Shown here one piece after another: positions 13,423-27,490 of a stretch of 64,000 bases of DNA (position 1 is the stretch's first letter; the number at the start of each line of letters is the position of its first letter). The position numbers and the translations under genes are program-made. Below the pieces are notes generated by a model. It searched no databases. It saw nothing but the letters and a program-made list of their open reading frames with translations, and had not been told where the DNA came from. The stretch is from Felis catus (lineage: Eukaryota): NCBI RefSeq assembly GCF_018350175.1, contig NC_058375.1, forward strand, positions 6,014,001 to 6,078,000. Direction: 5' to 3'.

Positions 13423-14139
13423 ACTGCCTCACTGGGCTTCCTCCTCCCAAATAAGAGGTCTAAAGATGATTATGTAGATATGCAATCACAAGAGAGTCTG
13501 GTATGCCAATGAACACTGTGGACTCGATCCTACTGACAACAGGGATCCACCAAAAGGCATTATGCAGGTTAATATTAGGCTTATTAAGTGCAAACAAACT
13601 TGTAACACATGTCTAACCGCTTTCTTGATTCAAGCTGGGCCTTAAAGGTTCCTTTCTCCAGAATTTATGTTTCTTGTTACACAAAAAATATTCTTGCTCT
13701 CATCAGAAAGTGGGTTGTGCTGCAACCCAAAATAAGAACGCCCCAAGACACCCTCATTTGCATGTCACATCTACCTAAAATTCTTCTACAAGCACAAGAG
13801 ACATGGATAAAAAGTTATGCATTGAATGCACTTTTATTTTCTCCAAAAATGTATGTCCTGGAACACCAAATGGCAGAACTTTATTTGTGCTTTTTATTTC
13901 TAAGGTTTGTCTTAGTGGTTACCATAGATAAGCTTTCAATTATTCAGAGAATGAAGACGTGGAAACCAAAGCCAGTCTCTTAGCAGGTCAGAGACCAACC
14001 CCTCAGTGAATAATCAGTAGCTACATGTTAAGACATGCCGTTTGGTACAATGCTGGGGACTCTTTTCCCTCTTTAGGAACTTGAATCAAAGGGAAATTAT
14101 CCATTAGGAAAATAGTTTCATGTTTTAACTTCTTCTTTT

Positions 14140-14425
14140 TAAATTTTTCATTGAAGTATAACACATACGCAGAAAAGTGCGAAGCATGATAAATTCTCAC
14201 AGTGTGAACAAACCCATGTAAGCAGCAGTGTCACCACGAAAGAGAACATGACCAGACCCCTGAGGGTGCTCTTCATGCTCTGTTCCAGACACCAGTTACA
14301 GCCATCAGTGTAACTAGAACCCGACTTCAAAACACCAAAGATTAGCCTTGCCTATTTTTTAACTTTATATAAAAGGAATCATACAGTGTTATACTTTTTT
14401 TGTGTCTACTCAACATTATGCTTAA
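14140..14425 (-). mobile_element. Old LINE-1 3' fragment (L1MC/MD/ME-like)
   Basis: TTGAAGTATAACACATAC...AAAAGGAATCATACAGTG...TCAACATTATG reverse L1 3'UTR pattern. Confidence 0.65.
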
Positions 14426-15046
14426 TAGTCTACTTTTAACTTCAATATGTTTTTTAAAATACGCACATTCCATTCTGATTCAAACCAGATTCCCAGGTTT
14501 TATTTTGTTTAGTTTGGATTTTTTTCCAGCTTAAATTCCATTTGTATCAAAAGAAATTAACACCTCAATGTTCAACATATAATCAATTCTAGTTTCTAGG
14601 TCTTTTTTCAGTTCAAGTCCCCAATTCCTAATAATGAGGAAAATTTGCAAATAAAAAGGGGAAATGTTTTACTTCACCTAAGATTTCATAAACCACAAAC
14701 TTAAAGTTCCTTGTCTTTTATATATAAAACATATATAAAATTTTATGAAAATTTATCTTCATGAAAAATACGACACTTTTTCATAAATGTATAAGGAACA
14801 CAAATATAACAAACTTGAAAATCCTGAATCTTTCCCCCGAAATGCAAGAAACAGAAAATCAAACTAGTTTAGTTTAAAAAGTTTAAACACTTTTTAAAGA
14901 ACGTGTTTCCTTATCAAAATAGCAAGCAAACTGATATGCTAAAATTAAAAAGTCTCTCTCAATAATCTGAATTTAATTTTCTGACTGTTTTACCTGATCA
15001 GGAATTAAAAAAAAAAAAAATCATAGTATCTAACTGAAAATAGCGA

Positions 15047-15686
15047 ATACACTGTTGGTGAGAATGTAAATGGGTACAGCCACTCACTATGGAAAATGGT
15101 TTGGAAATTCCTCAAAAAACTAAAACAGAACCACCATACGATCCAGAAATTCTACCTCTGGGTATTTAGCCAAAGGAAATGAAACAACCATCTAGAAGAG
15201 ATATCCATACCCTTATGTTCACTGCAGCATTATTTACAATAGCCAAGAAATGGAAATAACCTAAGTGTCCACCAAGGGACGAATGAAAAAAGAAAATGTG
15301 GTGTATACATAAACAATATTATTCAGCCATCATAAAGGGACCAGGAGGGTTGGGGGTGGAATCCTGACACCATGGATAAAACTTGAGGGCATTATGCTAA
15401 GTGAAACAGACAGAAAAACACAAATACTGTGTGGTCTCACCTAGACATGGAATCTAACAACACCAAACTCATAGAAACAGAGACCAGGAGAACAGATCAG
15501 TACTTGCCACAGGGAGGGAGTGGGGCAGAGGTTATAGGGGATGGGTGAAGGTGGTCAACGGATACAAACTTCCATCTACAAAATGAAAAAGTTTTGGGGA
15601 TATTATGTACGGCATGGTGACTACAGTTAACGATACTGCACTGCATGTTTGAAAGTTGTTAAAAGAGCCGATTTTAAAAGTTCTCA

Positions 15687-15727
<41 letters not shown>

Positions 15728-15856
15728 CCTATATGTGGTAATGGAAAAGTTAACTAATCTTACTGTGGTAATTGTTCTGCAATGTATACATATACAAAAT
15801 CACTATATTGTACATCCTGAACAATATTATATATCAATTACATCTCAATAAAGCTG
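15047..15856 (+). mobile_element. Older LINE-1 3' fragment (L1MA-like) with (CA)n
   Basis: ACACTGTTGGTGAGAATGTAAA...CAGCCAC...CTATGGAAAA start; ends CAATTACATCTCAATAAAGCTGG, a typical L1MA 3' end. Confidence 0.85.
15688..15722. repeat. (CA)n microsatellite
   Basis: About 17 CA units inside L1. Confidence 0.95.
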
Positions 15857-16224
15857 GGGGAGGGGAATTAGAAAATAGTGGAAAGAAATTAATATGCCAC
15901 CCACAGCAAACTTTAAAAATCAATATCCTATGCTAAAGAAGCCCGTAAGGGAAATCTGGCTGCACACAGCTGTGTAATAAATCAATTTGTTACCGTGACA
16001 GCCGTCTCAAAAATAGAGTAATGGTTGATAGACAAAAAAGAAGTTAGATTAGACATGGGGACAATATATAATAGAGCCCCACGAGCTTTTTGGTTTTGGT
16101 TTTTATTTTACAACAAGTCTGTTAAATCATTCATTGGCAAATAAATGATTCAAGATAGACTTCCATGAGCATTATTTTAATCCTGACATCATTAATCAGT
16201 TAATAAATTTTTGAAAGGTTTTCA

Positions 16225-16930
16225 GAATTTTATTTATTCAACAAATATTTGGTACACATAGTGGTATGCTATGTGTAAACCACTGTCATAGGTGCCAAGA
16301 ATTCAATGATAGGCAAAAAAAAAACCAGATTTTTCCTCTATGGAGGAGGGAGACAGATACTAATCCCAAAATAACAGAAATAAACAGAAAATTATCAGTT
16401 GTAAGCTCTAGAAGAAAAGATACTTAATGCTGTGACAGTGTCTATTAAGAAAATCTGGGGGCGCCTGGGTGGCTCAGTCGGTTAAGCGTCTGACTTCGGC
16501 TCAGGTCACGATCTCGCGGTCCGTGAGTTCGAGCCCCGTGTCGGGCTCTGGGCTGATGGCTCAGAGCCTGGAGCCTGCTTCCGATTCTGTGTCTTCCTCT
16601 CTCTCTGCCCCTCCCCCGTTCATGCTCTGTCTCTCTCTGTCCCAAAAATAAATAAACGTTGAAAAAAAAAATTAAAAAAAAAAAAAAAAGAAAATCTGTG
16701 TAACCTGGGAGAGGAATGGCAGTGACACTGAAATGGGAACACTGAAAAAAGAATAGGAAAGAAGGAAATCTGTCTGTATGCAGGTATGGGGGAGACTCAC
16801 TAGCCTGAGGCAAAAGCAAGTGCAAAGGGCCGGAGGCAGGAAGTAACATGGGCAATGAGTACATTCAAGTCTATCCTGCTGAGCTCCTAAGGACAAAATA
16901 AAAATAACTCCAGAGATGAACAGCAGGGGC
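16225..16930 (+). mobile_element. L2 relic interrupted by a CanSINE
   Basis: TTTATTCAACAAATATTT...CACTGT...AGGTGC; GGCAAAAGCAAGTGCAAAGGGCCGGAGGCAGGA L2 motifs. Confidence 0.65.
16458..16687 (+). mobile_element. Young felid CanSINE
   Basis: Near-consensus body; TSD AAGAAAATCTG. Confidence 0.95.
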
Positions 16931-18439
16931 ATAAAAGAGCTCGTTGTGACCATGCATGAAATTAAATTTTAGCTAGTGACAAATTCTAAATCATACCCAT
17001 TTTCTCAAAAAAATCTCATTCTTCTCACACCAGATAATCTAAATATAGATAGACCTGTCCCCCTAGGACAAGGAAGTACAGTTAGAGGCTAGGTTTGTTT
17101 TTTGGTTTTTTTTTTTTTAATCCTCACTGTGGGGCTTGTTCTTATAGTAGGAACTATCTATATTTTACACTTAATCTGAGTATTAAAACCAATTCACAAA
17201 AACAGAAAGCAAAAACACAAAAATTAATGTGTTTTATGTCCTAAAGAAACAAACAAGCATAAAAGATCTAATCTTCAAAACAGAAAAATACACTGAAGAA
17301 ATCCCTTATGACGTCCTATGGAGTTCCTACCTAAACATTTAAGATGCAACTAAGCACACAGAATCTCTGTGACTGGGTGAGAATGGTTTCTCATCAGTAA
17401 CAAAAGATGGTACTATAGTGCTCTGCGCCAAGAAAGAAAAAGACAAGAAGACAAAAGAAAGGAGAAAAATCAAGTCATCTGGGAATCTAAACACAGCGCC
17501 ACGCTCGTGATTCTTCAGTGCAGGTAAACATAAAAATAGGCCGTGTTTAACAACCCTCCAGTTAGAAAGAAGCTATTTGGAGACAGCAAGCAAGCCCTTC
17601 AACTTCAAAAGCCTCTCCTAAAAAGGAAGGGGGGGTGGGGGGGAGAACACCGAAGGTCAAGGTTAGTCTCCTCACCAAAGAGCCAAACATCCACCGGACC
17701 CGGCAATGTGCCAGGCACGACACCGTCACCCCCCCAAGTACGAGGGGCACCTCACGCAAAGTGGTTACGCTCTGAGTGTCACAGAAAACTTTCAAATCCT
17801 TTGGGTTTTCATAGATTCTTTATAACATATTTAGCTTCCCGAGAAAGCATACCTTTTTCATATTTCACAACGGTCCTCAGATTCACTGAACAATGCCTGC
17901 CTCCATAAATACTCTCAGCTCAATTCCAAAACACTTTAAGAACTCACTGTTTTGTAAATAAGCCGCGAGCAACTTTCTTTCACGTACTCTTCCAAACATC
18001 AAGTAGGAAGGATTTCTATTATCCCGCAGAAGGTGCAGAATGAAAGTGCAGTGGCTCTCGAACTACTTTTCTTAACACTGGTTTCTCTTAGGGAGATAAT
18101 CAGCAGAAAGAGGGTACCACAATCCCATAAATGGGAAAAACAGCAGGTTTTGTGGGGGGTTTTTTAAACGTTACAGAAGTTTCCTCAACTGCAGGACTTC
18201 TCAGGGTCATTCACCATGAATCTCTTAGGACAGGGATAGGATGTGCAAGCGTTTCCCACGTGTACCGGACAACAAATACTCGCGGGAAGCACCGCCACTG
18301 ACACAGGAGTAACGTTCCATCGAGAAAGACGGCCATTCGGCACCGCAAGAGGCAGTTGGCCTTTTGACCATGACCCAAACGATCACATCACCGCATTGAA
18401 TTATTATGTATCATGAGAAAAGAACAGTAAGGTATTTCC

Positions 18440-18508
18440 TTTTTTCTTTTAATGTTTATTTATTTATTTTGAGAGAGAGTGTGTGTGCATGCACGCAAGC
18501 AGGGGAGG

Positions 18509-18548
<40 letters not shown>

Positions 18549-18670
18549 CCCAAGCAGGCTCCGTGCTGTCAGTGCAGAGCCCGACGTGGGGCTCAAACTC
18601 ACAAACCGTGAGATCAAGATCATGACTTGAGCCAAAACCAAGAGTCAAGACACTTAACCAACTGAGCCCC
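18440..18670 (-). mobile_element. CanSINE with (AG)n
   Basis: Reverse copy with T-rich tail and slightly truncated head. Confidence 0.9.
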
Positions 18671-19211
18671 AGATCTTTCCCTATTTTTAAGTTACGATAC
18701 TATAATCTGTACCTAAAGAAGTTAACACATTCTATTCCTTTCTCATGATTTAGAACCGAACAGGCCCACAACAAGTTATCCATGGTAACTCTATAATGAG
18801 ATATTCTTCAGTGGCTCAGAAATTCTTACTGTGCAATACCTAAGTCTGTAAAATCACAGACACAGACAGCAGTATAACCGACACGTGACTCGATCGGGAC
18901 TCTATCTCCGCAGCAGAGCCCTGGCTTCTCTGAAACTTAACGCTGATCACTTTTACATCACATAAATATCTTCTCAGTCACTCATCAACCAATAAATTGT
19001 AGCTGTGACTACAAGTGTAGCTGTGTAAGTTCTAATCTTGATTATCTTTGGAAATTCAGAACAAACTCCTACACAAAGAAAAATTCCAGTACTTCATGCA
19101 AAGTTCAGCAAAGTGACGGCACTCCTCAGTAAAACAACAGCATCAGGTTAACGACATAACATCATTTCTTCAATCTCCCTTTCCTGGAAAAACAGCAAAC
19201 CGGAGTCTTTT

Positions 19212-19384
19212 GGCGGGGGGGGGGGGGGGGGGGGGGGGTTGGGAGTGAGAGACAGACAGAACCTCAAGCAGGCTCCACACTCGGCACAGAGCCCGACATG
19301 AGGCTCAATCCCACGACCCTGGGATCATAACCTGAGCCAAAATCAAACACTGGACACTCAACCGACTGAGCCACCCAGGCACCC
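19212..19384 (-). mobile_element. CanSINE with poly-G tract in place of the usual tail
   Basis: Reverse head ends GAGCCACCCAGGCACCC at 19384; G-run 19215-19238. Confidence 0.85.
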
Positions 19385-20170
19385 TAACCCTAAACCCTAA
19401 ACCCTCTAACCAGGAGGCTTTTAATTCTTAATTCCATCTCCTATGAAATTCATGTCACTGCTCAGCATTATAATGCAAACAAAATGATTGTAGCTAGTGT
19501 TACGGACTTCTGTAAGAAAAGTACCCGAACACAAACAACACATTACGTGAAAAAGGAAAGTTTTGCTGGCGTCCGCAGGTTCTCATGCACTGGTTTCCCT
19601 TTATCTCATCTGAAAGCTGGGTCCGTCTCTCTCTGAACAATACCTTGAACCTCAACATACTGAGTAAACTATAGGAAATTATCTGGAAAACAAAGCAAGT
19701 TAGTTGTCTTCATCTATTATTATTGGTCAGAGATCCTGAAGCTCAGTGCCTTGGAAAAGGAGGTTATCAGGAGAAATTTACTTTGGTTTAAAGGTCTTTC
19801 CAAATATTTCTTGAGCTTCTGCTCACTCCTGTGGCCAATGTGAAACACCCTGCTTCTAAGAATCTTAAAGTTTACTTGCCCCACCAGGTATTCTATTCTG
19901 CAGGGTCACCACTGCCTGTGTTTGAAGATAAAAAGCAAGGAGGAAATGAAAAGATGAAATGTACTGAGTAGACGGTGAAGGGAGAGAAGCAGCAGGAGGG
20001 GACCCAAGGAAAGAACTGACGTGCACAGCGAGCACGGAAGACCAAGTTGAGGCCGACGCAAGCAAGAAGCCAGCGGACCCAACTGCCCAAAAGTGGGTCA
20101 GTGTGTTTCCTACCTTGATGTCTCCTACCCCAAACTACCATCTCCTTTTCTGGGTCCCCTGCCGTCCCTA

Positions 20171-20572
<402 letters not shown>

Positions 20573-23500
20573 NNNNNNNNNNNNNNNNNNNNNNNNNNNN
20601 NNNNNNNNNNNNNNNNNNNNNNNNNNNNNNNNNNNNNNNNNNNNNNNNNNNNNNNNNNNNNNNNNNNNNNNNNNNNNNNNNNNNNNNNNNNNNNNNNNNN
20701 NNNNNCTTCAAAAACGCTAGGCAAGAAAAGAGAGAAAGAAAAGGATTTTACTTTAACATTTTCTCATATTTCCTTCCTAAGGTGGTGTTTTGTTAAATTG
20801 ATCTCTTACTTGCGTTTTAGCCCTAAAAACTTCTCATGGGCCACAGGAAAAAAGGTAGGACAAATGACACAAAGTTTAATTATATGCAGTTTTGGTCTCA
20901 GCTAGCATATGGTTTGGGATTTACTACCGCACCAAAAATGAAAACGTCTGAATGGATACTAGTAAACCACACTTTCTGTACACCAACTGTTTTCTTTTTA
21001 AGGAAAAAGTGAAATGTACCCTAGTAGAAAACATACAATGGGTACAATTATCCAAAAGGAGCTTCATAACCCACAATATTAATTTGAAAGGGCAAGAACC
21101 TATATACTAAAACGATTTCCACCTGGAAAACCAATAATCTGGACAGACTCAAAACATGTCTCAAGATGTCTCTCACAGGGTACTATCTTCGGAAAACTTT
21201 GTAGCCACACTCCAAATTTCCAGAGCTCCTCTCAAGAATAAACCAAGTGTGGACGCAAACAAAAGTGATGACCGCAAAACAAGATTCTTTTGCCTTCAAT
21301 GTACCTTTTCCCATCTTCGAAGTCTACTATTCTATTTATTTTCCATGAAAAATGGTACCTCTGAAGATACATTATCTCTGCCTGAACAAAACATAACAGC
21401 TTCCAAAAACAATCTTCCATCTTTAGGGAATATTAGGTAGTTTTTACATTCTTCCAAATTTCCACTCTTAGTAATTTCCCTAATAAACTCCTCCCTAGAA
21501 CTAAACCCAACAAGGACAGCCTGACGTTCTTAAGACTTTACAATGAGGAGACAGAGTCCCAAATTCCAACCCAACACGGTTCTTAACAAAAATGTTATAG
21601 GAGGGGGGGAGGACAACAGATGGACACAGACTGTTTTGTTTACCAGTCAGTTTTTGGACAGTCATAATCGCCAGTAATTTATCTTTTGCAGTCCTGTATC
21701 ATCTTCTTTCATTTGCTCAACAATCTGTACTTAACACTATCTGTGTGCCAGGTGTTCGGAACTGAAGATTACAATGACGGAAGAACTCAAGAGTCCTCGC
21801 CCTCAATGCTCTAATGCCAAACAAGCAAACTGATCAATATAAGAACCATCTGTTTCTCGTGTTACTAGGGCCGGATAAGAAACAACATATGCAAACAAAC
21901 AAAAGATCGGTCCTCTTTACTTAGACAGCAACAAACAAATCAGCTTGCAATTACATGCCTTAGACACAGAGAAAATTCTCTTCCGTCACGCCAAAACCAT
22001 AAAAAGTATCATATACTCTCTCCAAAGCTCTTAGGTCAAATCTGACACCAGAAAAGACCTTTCCATAAGCACCTCAACTATCCTTAGGTATTCGAGAAAA
22101 TAAAAAATGTTCACAACCACCTATGGGAGACAGACCCATGAAGGAGCAAATAAAGCTGATCATTTAAAACAGAGTCAGAAGGGGGAAAGCATGTAGCACA
22201 AACCTAGATTGCTTCCTTCTACACGGGAAATATGCTTCTAGATAGGATTTCCATTTTCTAAACATATTTTAAGAAAATGAAAAATTATCTTAGTGCCTGC
22301 AAAAGTTCTGCCCGTATGAATCATCTGCTAAACAGACAGTAATATACTCCTAAATCCCTGTAGGCCACTAGTGCTAGCAATTGAAAATACTCAAAGAGAC
22401 ATATTACTTTCTCCACTGGGCTTAAGTTAAAGCATGAACAAGCCAATCATGCAAGAAAGAAAACTATCAGCTAACGCCGTTGTTAAAACATTCCTCTTTG
22501 ACACTGAAAAACATACCAAGGTCTCCCGGGAATCCGAAAGAACAAGGGCTTAGGCTGAAAACCTCGCAGATGTATTTCAGGACAGACATCTGATGAATTT
22601 AAGAAAAAGACCATTCTCTCCAGGGTTAAGAAGATAACCAGAAAATTATGTAAAAATATTATTTCAGCACTCAAAAAGGAAAAAAATAGTAAGTCCAAAT
22701 TATACATCCAACACCACTCCCTACAAAATCATATACTAGCTTCTATTTACAAAGAAATTTGAGTTGCTTCTGCCAAGAGTAAGCAAGAAAGAAAAATTCA
22801 AGAAAAAACAGAGAAAGCATCCACAAAATGAAATCCCATGTGTGTATCCAACTTTCAGGTAACTAAGAGCAGTGATAATCCAAAACAAAAGGCAATTACC
22901 ATTTACATTTGGCTCTAAAATACAGTGCAGTGGGGATATTTTTTTCCCTCTGCATTTCCCATACTAATCATAATCTTTCTGAGCTTCATCTCACAATGAC
23001 CAACATACAACAATAATGTGACATTTAAGGAAAGGGACCCAGAGAGAAGCCAGATGGCACTGAGAAGGGTAGTTGTCACTTCAATTTGCTAGAAAAGATT
23101 TACCATTACAACAACAGCGTTTTTGTTAACAACACCGGGCTCACGCCATGATCTCGCTCAGTTCTTTTTCTCAACTCAGTGAAGTGAACCAGACAGAAGT
23201 CACCGTCCCCACTTTACAGACTACAGAAGGGCAACTGAGAAGAGATCGTGTGCACAAAGCCATACACCCAATGATTCTTCCAAAGGGAAAGCAGTCCTAC
23301 AGGTAAACCCCATCCAACCTGAACAACCTACTCCTCAGGTTACAATCTATGTTCCCAGGGTCACCAGCTCTTCATAGGTGCTAACTTTTCCCACAGGCAA
23401 TAATTCACACAGACAGATTTAGGAAACCTGTCTTTGCCCTTCCCTTCCAGAAAAGAAATTCTTGTCCACTAAGAAAGACAAAAACGTTGAAAGTGTCTCT

Positions 23501-23604
23501 GTCAATCCACTGCTCCACCCACTTGAACAGAAAGCAGTATAACATATTGTAACAAATAACACGAGAGAAAATCTACTCTATAACATGTTCAGATTCACAA
23601 CAAT

Positions 23605-24640
23605 CTTCATTTATTCACAGAACAAATGTCTACCAAACCCCTACTGTGTACTAGTTACCGTTCTAGGTGTGAGGAGAGTAGCAAAGAACCACCAACTCCC
23701 TGCCCTCGTGGCATTTATGTTTTAGGGAGTGGGGAAAAGAATCATACTCAAAAGAATAATATATATATAGTACATGGAAAGATCTTACATGGGGAATCCA
23801 AGGGGGACACAGAGTATGGGTACATTGCAATTTTAAATGATGGTCAGGGAAGCCCTCAGGGTTTGCCCCGAGCAAGACATTTAGAGAAAACGCCCTAAGG
23901 ACACACGAAGGGAGAGCATTCCAGCAGAGGGAGAGCAGGTGCAAATGTCCAGAGGCAAGAGTGAGCTGGGCACATAGGAGGCTGGTATGAGAAAAGAGAG
24001 AAGCACCTGGAGAGGAGATGGGGGCGGGGGGTGGGGGGGCTGGATCCTGCCTTGTAGGCCAGAGTAAGAACTTTGATGCCTTTACTCAAGTGCCATGATG
24101 TGACATGCAGTGACTCGAATGACACTGGAGCCACCGCGGGGATCTGAGCAACAGAGCAAGAAGACATGATCTGACTTCTGTTCAAGATCACTCTGGCCAG
24201 TGAGAAAAATCCTGAAGGGATTCACGTGTTGCAGCACTAAGACCGGCCAGGGAGGCGGCTGGCTACAACAGGCCAGGTAAGCGGCGAAGGCAGCTGGGGC
24301 AGACTGGCATGGTGGTGGCAGAGAGGAGATAAGTCCTGTTTTCTATGTATCTTTAAGATAAGGGTCAAACAGGATGTGCTGACAAACCGGGAGGTGAGGT
24401 GTGAGAGAAAGAAGTCAGGAACAACCCCAAGCTTTCTGGCATGAGCCACTGGGCGAATGAAGCTGACGTTACGCAAGTTCTGGAAGGAAGATCAGGTATG
24501 AACATGCAGAGTTTGAGAAGCCTATAAAAACCACATGAAGATTTTCAGAGGTCCAGGCTGGAGACAAAAACTTACTTTTTAATTTAGTTTTGAAAGCCAC
24601 GAGATTGTGTGATGTCACCAAGGAAGCGAAGGTGAATAGT
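23605..24640 (+). mobile_element. L2 relic
   Basis: CATTTATTCACAGAACAAAT...; AGAGCATTCCAGCAGAGG...GTGCAAA...GAGGCAAGAG; GATCACTCTGGC; CCAGGCTGGAGA. Confidence 0.7.
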
Positions 24641-25134
24641 TTTTCTGATAAAAATTTTTTAAGCCCACAAAAACATGTACTGCTCGTGCTGGAGTGGAGA
24701 GGATCTTCAAAACAGACTTACAACTCACATTTCCAAAAGCAGCACGCCTAGGACTCGTGGCAAACACATCCTCCTCTCACTGGTTTCCACACTCGCCAGG
24801 TTGTGCTTCGTCATCTCATCTCCACTGCTAAATCCGGGCAGCCGGCCTGGCTCTGTCTTCCGCTAATCGGAGTCCAAGGCCTTCAAGAGTCGGTGATACG
24901 GAAGCACTCTTTCTGACTCCAGGTGACTGCACCTTCTGTACAAACATCGCTCACCCCTTCAAAATCAAGCCAACAACCCACCCGCAAACCCCTCACTACC
25001 GATCCGAGCCGATGCAGATAAAAACCTAAAAATTCAGTCACCCTCAGGGCCGAAACCACACTTAAGAAACCCACTTCCTGATACTATCCAAGCAGGTCCC
25101 AGAAGATCAGGCCCAGCACAGAACTGGGCTGAGA

Positions 25135-25335
25135 AGCCAAGACCCAAGTTCTTGGCAGTGCCATGTGCTGTCCTGCCTTGGGCAAATCGCTCTACCTCTC
25201 TGAATCCGTTTCCCTGCTGTAAAACGGGGTCGACAGCTAGCCACGCCACAAGAGCTGCTGTAAGGATTAAGTTAATTAAGCATACCATATGGAGATGCGC
25301 TCACAGATTGCAAAGCGCTCTACAAATGTAAACTC
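25135..25335. mobile_element. MIR relic
   Basis: CCTTGGGCAAATCGCTCTACCTCTCTGAATCCGTTTCCCTGCTGTAAAACGGG...AGGATTAA MIR core. Confidence 0.7.
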
Positions 25336-25539
25336 TCAACAGTAGATAATCCCCAATAGTACACTGTGCCATGCAAGACATAAATGGAGCCCAACACCAT
25401 CCATACCCTCAAGAACTTATCTTCTCTTGCGGAGAAGTGGGGGTTCTACTGCACAATTAAGAACCAGATCGTGTAAAATTGACTACAAATAACAAAAATT
25501 CAAACAGATCCTCTCTGGGATCATGTAAAACTCACTTAT

Positions 25540-25900
25540 CCATGAAAACTTGCCTCTCCCTCCTGACTTCTCACTCCCTGAATTCCAATCATCTCACTTA
25601 CTCAAGCCAGATTCTGCAGGACACTTGACTCACCAAATGCAGCTAGTGAAGTACACATAATTCTTCCTCACTGAACCAGAGCAAGAGATATTTATGTTTG
25701 TCACACGCCTAACCACACACCAGGCATTTTGCTCGGCTCTTCGGGTCTCCCAATCACATACCGAATCTCTGATTTATCCGTTGCGCCAGATGAAATGTAA
25801 CAAGCCATCATCTTTCGCATAGATTAATACAACTGCCTTCTAACTGGTCTCTGTGACTAAAATTGTTTTTGCCTTCCTTCCAATTCATCCTGCAGTGCAA
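25540..25900 (-). mobile_element. L2 relic (opposite orientation)
   Basis: CCATCATCT...GATTAATACAACTGCCTTCTAACTGGTCTC, CCAATTCATCCTGCA. Confidence 0.5.
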
Positions 25901-26305
25901 CCAGCCAGCAGCTGACAACCGCACCACTTTTTTAAAACAACTTTATAGAGATACAATTCACACAACACAATTCAGCCCTTAAAGTGCAATTCACTATCCA
26001 TCACCTCTTTCCAAAGACTGCAGGGACCTTCACATCCTGACTGTCCCTTCTCTTGTCCAGCCCCATCGCCACCTCTCCTGTGGGCTCCAGCTACCTCAAA
26101 CACTTCCTTCCATCTCAGGAACCTATCTGCTCAGAATAATCGTCCCCTCCCCTCGGTCTACCTAACCTCAGCTCAAATTCAGGCCCTCAGGCATTTCTGC
26201 TGCCCAACTCCAGGAAGGCTCCCAGACAGACCAGAGTCCAGACTCCCACTGTTCCCCATCCTGCCTATAAAAGGACCCTCGCGGATCCCACTACTGTCAT
26301 CATTG

Positions 26306-26554
26306 TTTTTTTAATTTTTTTAAAAAAAATTTTAATGTTTATTTTTTATTTTTGAGAGAGAGAGAGAGAAAGAGAGAGACAGAGTGCAAGCAGGAGAAGC
26401 AGAGAGAGAGGGAGACACAGAATCCAACGCAGGCTCCATCCAGGCTCTGAGCTGTCAGCGCAGAGCCCGATGCGGGGCTCAAACCCACGAACCGTGAGAT
26501 CATTACCTGAGCCGAAAATCAGACACTTAACCAACTGAGCCACCCAAGCGCCCC
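26306..26554 (-). mobile_element. CanSINE
   Basis: Full reverse copy. Confidence 0.92.
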
Positions 26555-27269
26555 ACGTCATCTGTTGTTAACCTGTTGTTAACAGGTTAATCTGTTGTTA
26601 ATCCTTTCTCCACCACCTGACAAGGACCATGCCTACCTATCACATGTTCACTGAAACAACTCCCACTAAAGCCATTTCCTCTCTGTTATCAAGTCCACCT
26701 CATTACCATCTGGCCATTCAGCATCCCCTGAGAGGGCTGACCACACACCCTCCTTCTGGAAAGGCTTTTTGCCTTTGGCTTACCTGGCACGGTCCTCTCC
26801 TGAGCCTACCTGCCTGACCCTCGGCCCCCAGCCGGGCCAACCAGTGCAGGAGTTCCACAGGGCCCTGTGCGGGGCCCCCTTCTCCCAACGCCCATCCTGG
26901 CCAATCTCCTACACTTCCGTCGGTCCACACACACCACATGCACACAGGTGATCCCCAAATGTGTCTACCAAACCTCGGCAGAGTGAAGACTGTCCACCTG
27001 AAGTCTCCTCCCGGAGGTCTCCAAAGTGTCCCCAGCATATCCAAACTGAAGGCACACTCTGGCCCCAAATGAGCCCCTCTTCTAGATGGTCTCTCCCGGT
27101 GACTAGTTCCCCTGCCCATCCTTGCTACTCAAGAGAGGCAGCATCTTTACTGCCCACCTTTCATCCTGACGTCGACAAATCCCGTCACCGTTACCTCGTA
27201 AGTTTCTCTCAAGCTCCTCTACTTCAGGACGCCTCCAACACCACAACCTCAGTCGAAGTTACCAGGACA

Positions 27270-27490
27270 GGGGTGCCTGGGGGGCTCGGTCGGTTAGGCG
27301 TCCGACCTCAGCTCAGGTCACGATCTCACGGTCTGTGGGTCCGAGCCCCGCGTCGGGCTCTGTGCAGACAGCTCGGAGCCTGGAGCCTGCTTTGGATTCT
27401 GTGCTTTCCGCTCTCTCTCTGCCCTTCCCCTCCTCACACTCTGTCCAAATCTCTCTCAAAAAATAAACAAACATTTAAAAAAATTGTTTT
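27270..27490 (+). mobile_element. CanSINE
   Basis: Full forward copy. Confidence 0.92.
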
